Positions 12,111 through 27,471 of a stretch of 64,000 bases of DNA are shown piece after piece. Below the pieces are notes generated by a model. It saw only the letters and a program-made list of their open reading frames with translations, was not told the DNA's origin and searched no databases. The DNA comes from the human T2T-CHM13v2.0 reference genome, Homo sapiens. Location of the stretch: NCBI RefSeq assembly GCF_009914755.1, contig NC_060929.1; one strand, written 5' to 3'. The first letter of the stretch is position 1; the number at the start of each line of letters is the position of its first letter. The position numbers and the translations under genes were made by a program.

Positions 12111-12559
12111 TTTGTTAATGTTCATTCAACAGATGTTTGAATTCTTGTTATGTATGGGCTAGGTTCTGGGGAGATAAATTATGGTGCAATGCAAATACCA
12201 TGAGTGCTAATGAAAAAGACAATAAAAATGGTCTTCATTCTGAGCCTCAAACAATAGAGTAGGTGTCCCCTCTTCCATCTCGTCTCCATTTTTTTCCTTT
12301 GCATTGATGAGAACAGTAATCACTAAAACACTTTTCTTAGTGTCTTTTATAATTCCCTGTTTTAGTAAGAATTGACTCTACTGATCATCTTGCCCCTTGT
12401 CTGTTCTAAGCTTCAAGAAATTGGCCATGAATATTGTTCCTTCTGTTCCTGTGGGTTCCTCATCACTGCTTTTCCCTGCTCTGTTCCTCTGTAAGATATG
12501 GAGCCTGGGCATTCTGAGTGCAGTTCCTACATTATTAATGTCTGCACTGCACTGCCTCC

Positions 12560-13768
<1,209 letters not shown>

Positions 13769-14599
13769 CTATTGAGGAGGATGAAGTAATGATAGAATTT
13801 AAGGAAAGAGTAAAAACTTAATATAGGCATTTTGTTATCTTTATAGTTGTTTCAGTTAGTTTTATTTTTGAACAATAATTATTCCAGATGAGAAGGATAG
13901 TAGATATTTATATTGGAACACATCACCCATCTCACAGTTTTCATTAGTAATGCTTGTAGGCATACATGTACTTTAACATTAAACTTTTACCAGCTTAATT
14001 AATAACAGGACTATCAATGTAGAAATTTGTGACTTTACTTTTGAATTTTTCGTTATTATCATCTTGAGTATATAGAATTGCTTTTCGATTTTCTATTTCT
14101 ATTCACACATTCATTTTAATTATATTTTATGATAAAGAATGGTGAAGGTTTTAAGAATTGAAATTATCTAAGGGATCATACAGTTTAAGCCACAGATTAA
14201 TTTCAACTTATTAGCAGCCAGTAGTTTTGTGTCGGTTGTGTTTTACTGAAGACATGGCCTTCCTTAGAGTGATGGAATAATCCTATTTCCACAGCTCTGT
14301 CTCTAGAGAGACAGGTAGAGATCTGAGATTTTGGACAGCCCAGTTATTATTCATGTGGCTTCAGTATATTCTCACGTCACAGGGTATGCTAATATCTGTC
14401 TCATGCAGTTCTTGAAGCAAATATGAGAAATTATACTTTTTAAATCCTTTAAATAGTTAAAATGTACAAAGATTCATATTTAATGTTACTTACAGGCCTT
14501 GGAGAAACCCATTGGCTTATTTTGATGATCACTATTTTACAAGTTTTGAATTCTGTTAATTATAAGATGTGATGTATTAATTTAAAAATAAAAATTTTA

Positions 14600-14975
<376 letters not shown>

Positions 14976-15199
14976 GATTTTAATTTTATTAATTTAGTAT
15001 CCAATGTTTTTATTTAAGCACTCAACATAAGTTTAACATTCTGTGTTTACCATGTTACCCACTTCCAAGATAGATGATAAAAAGTGTTAGATTCAAAGAC
15101 AAGTGTTTACAAATACCTACTATATGCCTAGCATTTTATGCAGTGTTTGGTGGTGTGGAATCTTATTTGAGAATAAAATTAAATATAAAATTGTCCTTT

Positions 15200-17095
15200 T
15201 TAAGACTGAATAAAGATGGCTAACTAGATGTAGCCAGGAGAAGCATCTGCCACTAAGGGAGCAGGGCATCAGGAAGACTGGCATACTCCAAGAAGATTAT
15301 CGGAGGGAAGGCATTGAGAATGGATAAAGGGAGGACACAGATGCTTGGCTGAAGGGGGAGGAAGCTGGGAACCCTGGACAGGGCTACTGTGCCATGCACA
15401 GGGACTCATTCCTGGCCCAGTGACTCTTGGGGAAAGAGTAAGTTGAACAGGCAAGCAGTAACATGCTCTCACGACGGATCTCTGGAATCCTGGCAGCAGG
15501 AGACCCCACCACTCCCATGGACACTTGAGCTGGAAGGGAGAGCTTCTTAGAGGTAGTAAGGGCATGACTCCAGCGTCTGTGGAGCCCTGAGGGTTTGGTA
15601 CAGGAATTTCTGCAATGGAGCATGGCCAGGAACGCCCATTCCTCAGGCTCATCATGCTTCCCTAGGAGACATTAGCCTTAAGGGAGCTGTTAGACTGGAA
15701 CAGAGCAGGGTGATCTTGCTTGTGAGATCAGCCTATTCCAAACTGAGTGCACTCCTGTCTTCTGGCCTCTCTCAGGGCCCCAGCCTGGCTGAGCTTGTTT
15801 GTGGTGCAGCCCCAAATGCCCAGTTGGGCCACATCATAGCTCTTTTGCTGGTAGACTGTGCCTGATCATCAAAGAGCTCCAGTAGAGTAGCCCCCACTGA
15901 CACACACCCTTCCTTATACCATATGCAAAAATAAACTCAAGATGGATTAAAGACTTGAATTCAAAACCTAAAATTATAAAAACCCTTCAAGATAACTTAG
16001 GAAATAACATTCTGGTCATAGGACCTGGCAAAGATTTAATGACGAAGCTGCCAAATACCATTGCAAGAAAAAGAAAACTTGACAAGTGGGACCTAATTAA
16101 ATGAAAGAGCTTCTTCAGAGCAAAGGACACTATCAACAGAGTAAATAGACAAGCTACAGAATAGGAGAAAATATTTGCGCTCTATGCAATATCTGGAATT
16201 TATAAGGAACTTAAATTAACAAACAAAAAACCAACAACTCCCTTAAAAAGTGGTCAAAGGACATGAACAGACAAGTTTAGAAGGAAGACATACATGTACC
16301 CAACAAGCATATGGAAGAATGATCAACATCACTAATTATTAGAAAAATGCAAATGGAAACCACAATGTGATACTATAACATCTCATACCAGTCGGAATGG
16401 CTATTACTATAAAGTCAAAAAATAACAGATGCTGTTGATGTTGTAGAGAGAAAGTAATGCTTATACAGTGCTTCTGGGAATGTAATTTAGTTCAGTTATT
16501 GTGGCGAGCAGTTTAATGATTTTTCAAGGAACTCAAAACAGAATTACCACTTGTCCCACCAATCCCACTATTGGGTATATACCCAAAAGAATATTAATCA
16601 TTCTACCATAAAGACACATGCCTATATATGTTCATCGCAACACTATTTACAATAGCAAAGCCATAGAATCAACCTAAATGTCCATCAATAGTAGACTGGA
16701 TAAAGAAAGTGTGGTACGTATACACCATGGAATACTGTGTAGCCATAAAAAAGAAAAAAATCATATTTTTTTGCAGCAACATGGATGGAGCTGGAGGCTA
16801 TTATCCTAAGTGAACAAACACAGGAACAGAAAACCAAATACTGCATGTTCTCACTTATAAGTGGCAGCTAAACCTTGAATCCACATGGACCCAAAGAAAG
16901 GAACAACAGACACCATAGCCTACTTGGAGGTGGAGGGTGGGAGGAGAGTGAGGATCAAAAACCTACCTACTGGGTACTATAATTATTACCTGGGTGATGA
17001 AATAATCTGTACACCAAACCACCATGACATACAATTTACCCATATAACAAACCTGCACATGTACCGCTGAACCTAACATAAATGTTAAAAAGTTA
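15200..17095 (+). mobile_element. L1PA15/16-like L1 with 5'UTR joined to late ORF2 and 3'UTR (internal deletion)
   Basis: 5'UTR start 'aagatggctaactagatgtagccagg'; switch at ~15906 to ORF2 'cccttccttataccatatgcaaaaataaactcaagatgg'; 3'UTR 'aacaaacctgcacatgtacc'; candidate TSD ataaaattg(t/c)cc (15185-15196 / 17099-17110). Confidence 0.85.
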
Positions 17096-17717
17096 TACAT
17101 AAAATTGCCCAAATGCAAATATCTATTACTCATATCTATACTGTATGGTTGAAGAACAGGGAAAATCATTATGCATTGTTGTAGTTTGAGACAACTCCAT
17201 TACAAAGGAGGCTCAAGATAGATTCTGATGATGGGGAGAATTTGAGGTAAGTGAAAAGGTGAATAGGCAGTTTCAACTAGCACCAGCCTATAGTATTTCA
17301 TTTTAGCTTATAATCATAAATTGTTTATAGCAATTTCTGTCTGTACACTTAGACACGAGTATAAAAATCTCAAACATCTTAAATTTTAATCATTAGGTGT
17401 CATAGCAACGTCAGCACTCAAACACAGGACTCTGCACACAGACAAGTTCATAGCTGGTAAAGTGTTGGAAAGTTCAGGGGGAGACAACTCTCATTAGATG
17501 TGATAGGGAGCCAACTTCTGCCATCGTTTTGGGGAAATGATGCAGGAAAGTTCCTTTTATTTCTTCAAATAGTAAAAAATGCTTATGTATCACTGAGGGG
17601 CTACAATGAACTATTTACTTATTTTCAGTAAAAACAAACAAATGATCAATTGATTGGACAAAGCTCCTGAATAATAAAAAAGCTTTATTAGAAGGTTTAA
17701 TTTACACATAGTATTAA

Positions 17718-17846
17718 CCCATTTATGCCTGCGGTTGCAATTTTTTGAATTTTTTGCAATCAGACCTTGGCGATGATCTTAAACAGTAGGATGTAAATAA
17801 CTCCCACATTCTTAGCATTCCAATAATGGAACACTAGGCATAAATA
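17718..17846 (-). mobile_element. MER85 (PGBD3-derived piggyBac MITE)
   Basis: TTAA at 17714-17717 and 17847-17850; TIR cccatttatgcct / aggcataaat; body 'gcaatcagaccttggcgatga...actcccaca...ttccaataatggaacactaggcataaat'. Confidence 0.92.
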
Positions 17847-18059
17847 TTAAGGGCCAGGGCATGAATCCAGTGGGAGAGAAACAAATTTCCCCACAGTGTG
17901 TTGTTTCCAGAAGAGGGAGGGACACTAGGAACACAGAGCAGCAAACATCCGCCCTTATATAGTTGAAGTCTGTGTCCATTGTAGTATCTGATATTCCCGT
18001 ACGTAATACTGTAAGTGGAAAATTTCCCTGAGTTTGGTACTTGTAAAAATGCTTTGCTT

Positions 18060-18400
18060 TGAGAATTGAGTCATAGTATGCCCAAATCTAACAGCATTGT
18101 CTGTTGGATTAATGAAAGTACAGGAAGGCTGCTTTGACAGCTCACTATTGCAATAGAACCCAGGTGCTTTATGTCTTTTTCCCTCCTCCATTCTCTCTAT
18201 AATTCTCCTGTTCCCTCTCTAGGTTTCTTACTTCCTGGTCACAAAATGGCTGCCGAAGTCCATAAGCTAAATCCTAATGTGAGTGAACATGATCAAGGTA
18301 GGAAACAGAAGATCTGTCAGGGTTACAAAAGGGACAGATTTTAGGTTCTTTTATCTTTTTGTAAGGCACAAAAAATCCCAGGAAAACTCCAGCAGATTTG
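18060..18400 (-). mobile_element. Old MaLR LTR (MLT1J/K-like) fragment
   Basis: 'cctggtcacaaaatggctgcc' and flanking MLT1-like sequence. Confidence 0.45.
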
Positions 18401-18739
18401 TTTTATTTAAAAATTCGGTATCATTGAGGTATAATTTATAGTAACATTCACCAAGATTAAGGATGCAAATTAAGCTTTCACCAATGTATACAGTCATGCA
18501 ACCCATACCACAATAATTCAGAAAGTCAAGATAGAGTACCATTTCTTTAACCGACTATCTTAAAAATTCTTCTGTCCATAATGATATTTGTATAGAGCTG
18601 ATCCTTAGATCTTAATGAAAGCTGACATTTCAATAATAGCTAATCTTTATTAAGTGCTTTCTGTGTGCTAGTCACTACACTAATGTTTGCCACACTTTAC
18701 CTCCTTTATTATTTTTGAAGTTTGATCATGTTTGGACTT

Positions 18740-19067
18740 GATATTTATCAATATATAATAGTTGCACATATTTTTGAGGTACATGTGATATTTCGATACA
18801 TGTTTATAATATGTAATGATTGTATCAGGGTAATTGAGATAATCATCACCTGAAACCTGTATCTTTTATTTGTGCTAGGAACATTCATTCTTTTCTTCTA
18901 GCTATTTTGAAATATACAATAAGTTATTATTAATTATAATCTCTCTAATATCAAATATTAGAACTTATTCCTTCTATCTAATAGTATTTTTGTATCCATT
19001 AACCAACTTCTCTTCATTCCCCACTCCTCCTTTCCTTCCCAGCCTTTGGTAACCATCAATCCACTCT
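18740..19067 (-). mobile_element. L1MA (MA4-like) 3' end
   Basis: 'ctagctattttgaaatatacaataag...agaacttattccttctatctaa...cccagcctttggtaaccatc'. Confidence 0.85.
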
Positions 19068-20554
19068 TTTTTAAATTTTTAAAACAGCAGCATAGAATAG
19101 GTTTTATTAACAGGGCTGTCACTAGTATATATGGTGTATTTGTGTGAAATAGCAAAGGGTAGCCCCTCTGCTTGGATGCAGGAGACAAGGCTGTCTAAGT
19201 AGACCAGGGATGGAGTTTGGCTTTCTCTTTCCTCCTAGACATCTTTGTGGAGTACATAAAATTTTGGATGAGAAAGCCTACTCAACTGTTCCCGTTTTAT
19301 AATACAAAAACTTCAACTTTAGAGGAGTGAATCAGCCCATTCTAGTTTATGCAGCATGGGGCGTATCTTGGCTTTTGATGATGGGATTTTATTCACTGGT
19401 ATCATTGTTAAGTCTATGGAGAAATGTCCTTGGCTAAACAATTCCTTGAATTTCTTTGTAAGATTTTGCCTCCTTCTTATTCAGTATTTACCAACTCTTA
19501 CATATTTATTCAGGCTTATCTCTTTCCTCATTGATTTAATAGCATGAAATCATTTTCTCAGTTATAACACTATTAACTATTATTGCAATTACTATTTGTT
19601 CATAGAACCTCATATAATTTTATCTTTTTAGTGGAAATTAGATATAGCTGATAATATTACAATAATTTTAAATTGACTAGTTACTAGCATTTCATGTAAA
19701 TTTGTTTGCATTGAGACACGTGAAAAGCTCTTATGTATTAAGTTTCCTATTTTTGATAAAATTATTCTTGCTAAAAAACTCAAACCTCTTTGAATATACA
19801 TGTATTTTCTTTTATTAGTCATAGATAGTTATTAGGTTTTAATGAAATTGCTTGATGATGCCATAACATAAAATGAAAAATCTGTTCAAACATTATATGC
19901 CTGGAACAATTTTTATATAATTTTATGATTTTAAAGCTGTCATGGATAGTCCCAGGGGAAATATCTTTGGGAATTGCAAAACAATTGTGTTTGAAATGAA
20001 TTGTTTAGAGTTGGTTAGTCTACACTGGATTTTCAAATATAAATTGTACTGGAATTTTCTTCTTTTTCTTGAGGTTGAGAGAAAGTAAATTAAAATTAGA
20101 TGTTCATTTCTTGCTATTTAAGTCCATGGTTTACCCATCTTGCCTACTGAAAAATAGGTATAATTAGATCTCTTGCATAATTTACTCACTATTCTATAAA
20201 AAGCAGTGTACAGATTATTGAGAAACTAGACATGATGGCAGAAAAGTCTCCCGATTAGAAAATGATCGATTAATTTGTTGCAGTTGATAAAATATTAGTG
20301 TCTATATTCAGATTCTAGGACTATAAAGCAAATAACTTCACCTGTAGCATGTATTGTGACTTAAAATCAAAGAGGCTGTCAATTACTTTGAGGCACACTC
20401 CTTTTTGGGGTAAACTTATTTTACTGTTTTTTTCTGTTTTGTGTTTGTTTCTCAGCAACAATATTTCTCCTTGAAATTTCACAGCAGATCTCTTAAGCAA
20501 AAGAAGATTTTTTTTTTTAACTACACTTTTATGTTTGGGACAGCACATTACTCT

Positions 20555-20752
20555 AGAGCTGTAGATCTTAAAGTGTGGCTTTTCTTTCAACTTTCAGTAG
20601 CATTAGCATCACCAAGGATCTTGTTAGAAATGCCAGTCCTAGGGGACCATCCCAGAGCTGTCCGATCAGAAACTGGGATGGGCCCAGGAATCTGTGTTTC
20701 AATAAATCCTTCCAGGGGATGATGATGCATGCAAAAGTTCGAGAACTACTGT
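20555..20752. mobile_element. MER5A (hAT-Charlie MITE)
   Basis: 'agcatcaccaaggatcttgttagaaatgc...gggcccaggaatctgtgtttcaataaatccttccaggggatgatgatgcatgcaaaagttcgagaactactg'. Confidence 0.85.
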
Positions 20753-20809
20753 TCTAAAGGAACTTAATACATCCAAATTAACTATGTTGCTATTAATTAT
20801 TTGCAATAT

Positions 20810-22320
20810 TTTAGCCTGGGTAGAATTGCTAAGTCACAGGATATGAACATATTCAACAATACCAGGTAATGCTAAATAGTTTTATAAGTACCTGTTCCAA
20901 TTTAGAGTTCTACCAGTAGTAAATAAAAATCTTACTGTCTTATCCCTAACTGTGTCAGACATTTTAATTTTTATAGATCTGGTGGGTGTGAAATGGTATC
21001 AAGTTATGGTTTGAATTTGAATCTACTTAATGACTTTTAGCATCTTTTCATGTATTTATATGTTTGTTGGTCAGTTACATTTATTTACACTTAAGTAAAT
21101 TGCTTATTTTTATCTTATCAGTTCTCAATTGGGTTTTCTTTTTTGATTCATAGGAGTTTTAAAAATATTCTGGATACTAATCCTTTGTCATTTTGTGTTT
21201 CATATCTTTTCCCTGGTTATGATTTTGACTATCACTTTTCCTGATGTATCATTGAAGAAGTTCACAATTTTAAGGTAGTCAAATCTATTTGTCTTAATTT
21301 TGTTCCTATGATTTGTTTAAAAACTTACTCTTTATGCAGAAAACAGAACTATTCTCTGATTTTTTTTTCTAGAAGGTGTTTAAGGCTTTGTCTTTAACAT
21401 TTAAGTTTTTATTATACATAAGTATCACATATGTACCTATATATAAAATTATATATGTATACACACATTTTACTGAGGTTTAATTCACATATAATAAAAT
21501 ACATACCTATTTAAAGTGTATAGTTTGGGTTTTGACAAATGCATACACTCGTAACCACTACCACAAGCAAGAGGTCGAATATTTGCATCACCTCAAAAAG
21601 CTCCCTTTACAGTCTGTTGCTCCCAAGTCACCTGGCCCCAACCAACCACTTATCTGTTGAATAACCAGAGATTAGTTTTGTCTTTTATAAGAATTTCATA
21701 TAAACGGAAACTTACAGTGTGTATTATTTTGCATCTGGCTTCTTTCACTCAGCATAATGTAAATGAGATTTATCCATGTTGTTGTATGTAGCAGTAGCTG
21801 TTTCCTTCTTACTTTCTATTTGCTGAGTCTCATTCTATTCTATTGTGGGATAGTCCATAATTTGTGCATCTATTTACCCATTAATAAACTGTTGCAGTTT
21901 TTTTTAAATTATTTTGAAAAAAGTTGTCATGAATATTTGTATTCAAGTTGTTGTATGAGCATATGTTTATATATCTTGAAAAAACAGCCAGGAATAATAA
22001 GTTAATATTTAACTTTATAAAAAACTACCAAAATATTTCAAAAGTAGTCCTATTTTGTATTCCACCAGCCATGTATGAGAATTCAAGTTTCTTCACATTC
22101 TCTCCCACACTTGGTATTGATAGTCATTAATTTTAGGCATTTGAATGTGTGTTTAGTAATATCTCATTGTGGCTTCTGTTTGCAGGAAATTGGTTTTTGT
22201 GATGTATGGGAGGGATTCAATTTCATTCTTTTTTTTCATCTGATCAACCAATTGTCTCAGTACCATTTAGTATATAATACAAAATTCCTCATCGATATGC
22301 AATGATAGTTCTATCATATC
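20810..22320 (-). mobile_element. Old L1M fragment with a nested L1MB/ME-like 3' end (~21467-22180)
   Basis: 'ggtgtgaaatggtatc...ttctggatactaatcctttgtc'; nested 'tttactgaggtttaattcacatataataaaat...ggcttctttcactcagcataatg'. Confidence 0.75.
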
Positions 22321-24134
22321 CTGAGATGATACTAAAACTGTAAAAACTGCTATGAAAATGGGCACTCTACTTTTTATAGAGCTTGGAGTAAAATGTAAAA
22401 GTTTAACAGGCATATTTAATTTCATGCTTTAAGTTAATCAATATTTTAATAAGCTTCCTTTAGAAATTAGAATGCTTGTTAGTAAAGTCATCACTTATTC
22501 AACCCTAACTTATTCTCTTCTTGCTCAGTGTCTTATCTATTTTTTTCTCTTTTAAAAAATTCTTAGCCTTGAAGCTTTAGATGTGTTTTTTAAAAATCCT
22601 ATATTTTATCTATAATTTTCAGTGGTCTATACTTCATCTGTACTCCAGATATGTGGTTAACAATATTGCTGGCCGTGAACGTCCTCTTCGTTTTAAGATT
22701 TATTCTTCCTCTGAGTAAAAGAGAAGTAGGTGTCCTAGAGAGAGAATTTGAAAAATATGGAAAAAATGAAAGTATGAAGGTGAAAACTAAAAATCACCTG
22801 TAATCTTTCCTCCCAGACATAATCATAATCTGCATTTTTAGTTTCCATTTGTTTATCAAAATTAGACATACAAATGTTAAAGAAAAAGTAATTTGGAATC
22901 ATTTAGTGTTCAAGGTTAGTCTTTAGCACTTTCTCCTTCTCAATTATATCTTTAGTGTACGCTTTAACATTCTTTAAGTATGTAGTTTGTGCTAGAAGCA
23001 TTATTAAGACTTTTGCATTTGACTACTGTTAAATTGTAAAATTAAAACCTAATGAAAAGTATTTACAGAATTGTGACTGTATATTTGGAAATTTTAATAT
23101 AAATAAAATTATTTTAAGACATAAGGCCAATAATAAAATATATGTAGCTATAGTCACAATTGGGAAAATATGTTGTAAAATACATGATTTGCAATATTAT
23201 TTGAGTTAAGAACTATGTTTGGTCTATTTCTGAGTCAAGAATGTTAAATTGTGCTAATGTTTAGTTTTATATCACATTTTTTAGTAGAAACCCTATAGTG
23301 CAGTAAATAGTGTAAATTGAATTAATTTGTTTTTATGTTTCCATGACAAAATTTATACTTTCATCTTCAAAGTAGATGCTTCAAATTTATTTTCTAATAT
23401 TTAAATTCCCTAGTTAAGAGTGGAGACAAGAAGATTTAAAATGTCTAATCTCTTAGGGTTTAGAAATACAAGCAATTATTGTGTGTGTTGGATTTATTAC
23501 TTTTGTAGATTAAAATCAATGGGATTTTTGCAATTAATGACAAAATTGCATATAATGGTCTTTTGGTATTAATAGACTTAGTAAGCCATCTGTAGCAGTT
23601 TTCAATTCTCAACATAATTGCATAGAGTAGTTTGTTTTCCAAGGAAAAATCTCTAGACAAACTATGCCTCATTTTACTTCTATTTTAAGCTAATCCCCTG
23701 ACTGAATCTTAGATGTATGAGTTACTCTTCTTTGGAGATTTGGGAGTTTGCAGAAGTGTGGAGATAATAAAATCATGATTTGATAAGTTGCATACTGTTC
23801 AGGGATGGCAGGTTCTTCCTATACCAATGTCAGTGTTTTATTGTTTCTGTATGTGTGTGGGTGGGGTAGGGGAAAGGTGAAAATAACATTCTCTCCTTCC
23901 ATTTGGGTGCACAAGTTTATCATTTAGACTTAAGAATGTGTCATCTATCTAGAAATCAGTTGGATGAAATGGAATCTGTGAACTCACATTTAGTTATGTG
24001 ACACAGATGGTCATTTTTCTCCTAACACGTCAATGTGTGCCTGTGAATGAAATCCAAAGACCCTTTTGTTTTTCCTAGTGTGAACTTCAGGTACAAGAGT
24101 TGAGTTGTTCTTACTCAATTCATAGTAATCTCAT

Positions 24135-24537
24135 TGTTATATTTTGGTTGTTTGACTCTCCAAATCTCGTTGAAATTTAATCCCTAATGTCAGATGTGGG
24201 GCCTAATAGGAGGTGATTGGGTCACGGGTGCAGATCCCTCATGAAAGTCTTGGTGCTGTCTTCGCTGCAGTGAGTGAGTTCTTGCTCTATTGGTTCCCAG
24301 AGAGCTGGTTGTTAAAAAGAGCCTGGCACCTCCCTCCTCTCTCTTACTTCCTCTCTTGCCATGTGATTTCTGCACAGACCTGCTCGCTTTCATTTTCCCT
24401 GAGTGGAAAAGCCTGAAGCTTTCATGAGATGCCCAGTCTTCTGGCCAGCAGAATTGTGAGCCAAAATGGACTGTTTTTCTTTATAAATTACCCAGTCCCA
24501 GGTATTTCTGCACAGCAACACAAACTGAATTAAGACA
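24135..24537 (+). mobile_element. MSTB-like MaLR solo LTR
   Basis: TG...CA ends; 'ggggcctaataggaggtgattgggtcacgggtgcagatccctcatgaa'; 'ttataaattacccagtc'; TSD ctcat/cttat. Confidence 0.88.
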
Positions 24538-25985
24538 CTTATCATTGCTTTACCTTTTATCTTCTACGGTGTTTTTTTTCTTTTATCTTCTACCCTGATT
24601 CTAACCTATATATAGGCATCATCTTCATTGAATTTAACATATAACATACCATGTTATATGTTGTTCATATGTTCATTTAGGTATATGTCTGTAACAAACA
24701 TGCTGCTTTATTTTGGGGTGTCTTCAGTTTATGTAGATGATTTTATGCTACAAAATACACTCCTAATATTTTCTCTCAACATTAAAAATATTTATTATTA
24801 AATATTATTTGTTATTTTATGTTTCCATTATATGTATTTATTACATTTTACTTACCCATTCATTTAGTGATCAAAACCTTGTAGGCCTCCAGCATCTTGG
24901 TATGAGAAAAAATGCTTTAACTATCATCTTCATATGTGGCTCACTCTTTAAGGACGATTGTTGAGTGCTGGGATGTTCTCACACTCAATGTTCTTCCACC
25001 AGTAGTTCACGAGGCTTTCAGTAGTTGATGCTATCTGACCTTTTACATTTTGCCATTCTAATAATGTATGTAAAGTGGCATCTCCTTTTAATTCGCATTT
25101 CTCTGATTACTAATAAGGCTAAACATCATATTCTTATAAACCATTTAAGGTTTTCATTTTTGTAAATTGCCTATTCATAGCCTTGCTCATTTTACTTATA
25201 GATTTCCATTTTTTTCTTGATGATTTATGAGAATTCCTTTTATATTTTTGTACTTATTCCCTTGACTGTCTTAAACATTGTGAATGTCTTCCATTAGTCT
25301 GTCATTCATATTTTGTTTATGACATGCTTCACTGAACATGAATCTTTCATGAAATTTGATTGCATTAAAATTAATTTTTCCCTTTATAGTATCTATTTTG
25401 ACTATTTTAAAAACTGATTTCCTAATCTACCCCCAAGGTCTTAAATATATTCTTTTGTATTTTTTCTTTAGCTTTATAGTTTTGTATATACTGTGTTTTT
25501 CCATTTATATACAGAATTTACTTCATAATGCATCTTATTCCTACTGATTTATGATGCCTCTTTATTACAAAACTAATATATTGTTTCCCACTGGCTTAAT
25601 AGTCTATTCTTGCACCAATTACTACCTATTTATTGATCCATCTCTATCTATTCATCTATCCATCTGTCTATTCTATCAACTATCTTTAATTGTTTGGCTT
25701 CGTAATATCTGCTAAAGCAAGTTATTCATTTTCTTTTTCTAAACTGTCCTGCTGACTGATTCTGTGTTCTTACTTATAATTGTGGGAAGAGCCTATGAAA
25801 TTGCAAATTTTACTCAATTCTGTTTTTGGAATGACATGATATAAATAGAGTAGTCTGAGTGACAATTGATGTGTTTTAACCATTTAATGGTTTCATCCTT
25901 GAACATAGCATAACTTTCTACTCAGTTTTAAAAATCTTTAATAGAGTTATTTTTTCCTGCACTTGTTAGGAAGACATTTTATTTA

Positions 25986-26550
25986 TTTGTTTTTCAACTT
26001 TTGAGTTCAGGGGTACATGTGCAGGTTTGTTATATAGGTACACTTGTGTTATGGGCGTTAGTTGTATAAATTATTTCATCACCCAGGTGTTAAGCCTAGT
26101 ACCCATTAATTATTTTTCCTGATCCTCTCCCTCTTCCCTCTCTCCACCCTCCTATAGGCCCCAGTGTGTGTTGTTCCCCTCTATATGTCCATGTTTTCTT
26201 ATCATTAAGTTCCCATTTATAAGTGAGAACATGTGGCATTTGGTTTTCTATTCCTGCATTAGTTTGCTGAGGATAACGGTTCCACCCATGTCTGTGCAAG
26301 GACATGATCTCATTCTTTTTTATGGCTGCATAATATTCCATGGTGTATATGTACCACATTTCTTTACTCAGTCTAACATTGATGGGCATTCCATATCTTT
26401 GCTATTGTGAATAGTGTTGCAATGAACATATGCATGCCTGTGTCTTTATAATAGAAAAATTTATATTCTGTTGGGTATATATCTTGTAATAGGATTGCTA
26501 GGTCAAATGATAGCTCTGTTTTTCAGTCTTTGAGGAATCACTACACTGAA
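25986..26550 (-). mobile_element. L1PA13/14-like 3' end, 5'-truncated
   Basis: 'ggggtacatgtgcaggtttgttatatagg...ataagtgagaacatgtggcatttgg'; TSD gaa(g/a)acattttattta (25970-25985 / 26551-26566). Confidence 0.9.
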
Positions 26551-27471
26551 GAAAACATTTTATTTAGGGTGATTCCTAGATATTTATTTGATATTTTGCT
26601 GTGGCAGTGACTAGTATTTTGTTTTCTATTATATAATTTAGTTAGTTGTATTGGTAAAGATATGTCTATGGATATTCTTATTAATAGTTTACTTACAAGA
26701 TTTCATAAACTTATTAGTAAAAATATCTACTTTCTTCAATGTTCTAGGTAAGAAATAATATAATCTAAAAATTACAATTTCACCTTCTTCAAAATCTTCA
26801 TACTTCTAACCTATTTTCTTTGTTTTGTGGCATTAATCAAGTCTTCTAGTACTACATTAAATAGTGGTGGTATTTCTGATATTGTACTATTGATTATGTA
26901 TTTGCTGTAGAATTTTGGGCAGATATTTATCAAGTTAGGAGAGCCTTCTATTGTTTCAGTTTTTCTCAGTTTTTTTGTTGCTTTGTTTTGTTATTTGGTT
27001 TTCTTTAAATAATCCTGTAAAGTATTGAGATTTTTCAGATGCCTCCCTGCATCCATTGGAATGATCATATATTTTTTCTGCTTTAGACCATTAATATGGG
27101 GCATTATGACGACTAGATTTTCTTATGTTACAGTTGCTACATTCCTGGGATAAAATCTGTTTGACTGTGATACAGACATTTTAATATAGCATTAGAACAG
27201 TAAATGTATATCTTATTTAGGATTTTGGGATCTATGTTCACATACTAAAATGATCCTATAATGTCATTTTCTTATATCCAGGCTTTGGTTTGAGGTTAAT
27301 AATTAGCTTTGTTATATGATCAGGAAGCTTACATTCTTTTTCTACTTACTAGAATTTTTTGAATAAGATAGAGATCATCATTGTCTTCATAGCATCTGAT
27401 AATGAACCTAGGGTTGATTCACAGGGAAGTTATTGACAGCTTTATGTCTATCACAATGTGATAGACACACA

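Noticed and set aside
22623-22803. Good acceptor followed by a hydrophobic open frame (GLYFICTPDMWLTILLAVNVLFVLRF...)
   Set aside because: There is no strong donor or recognisable homology, and T-rich DNA yields such peptides by chance.
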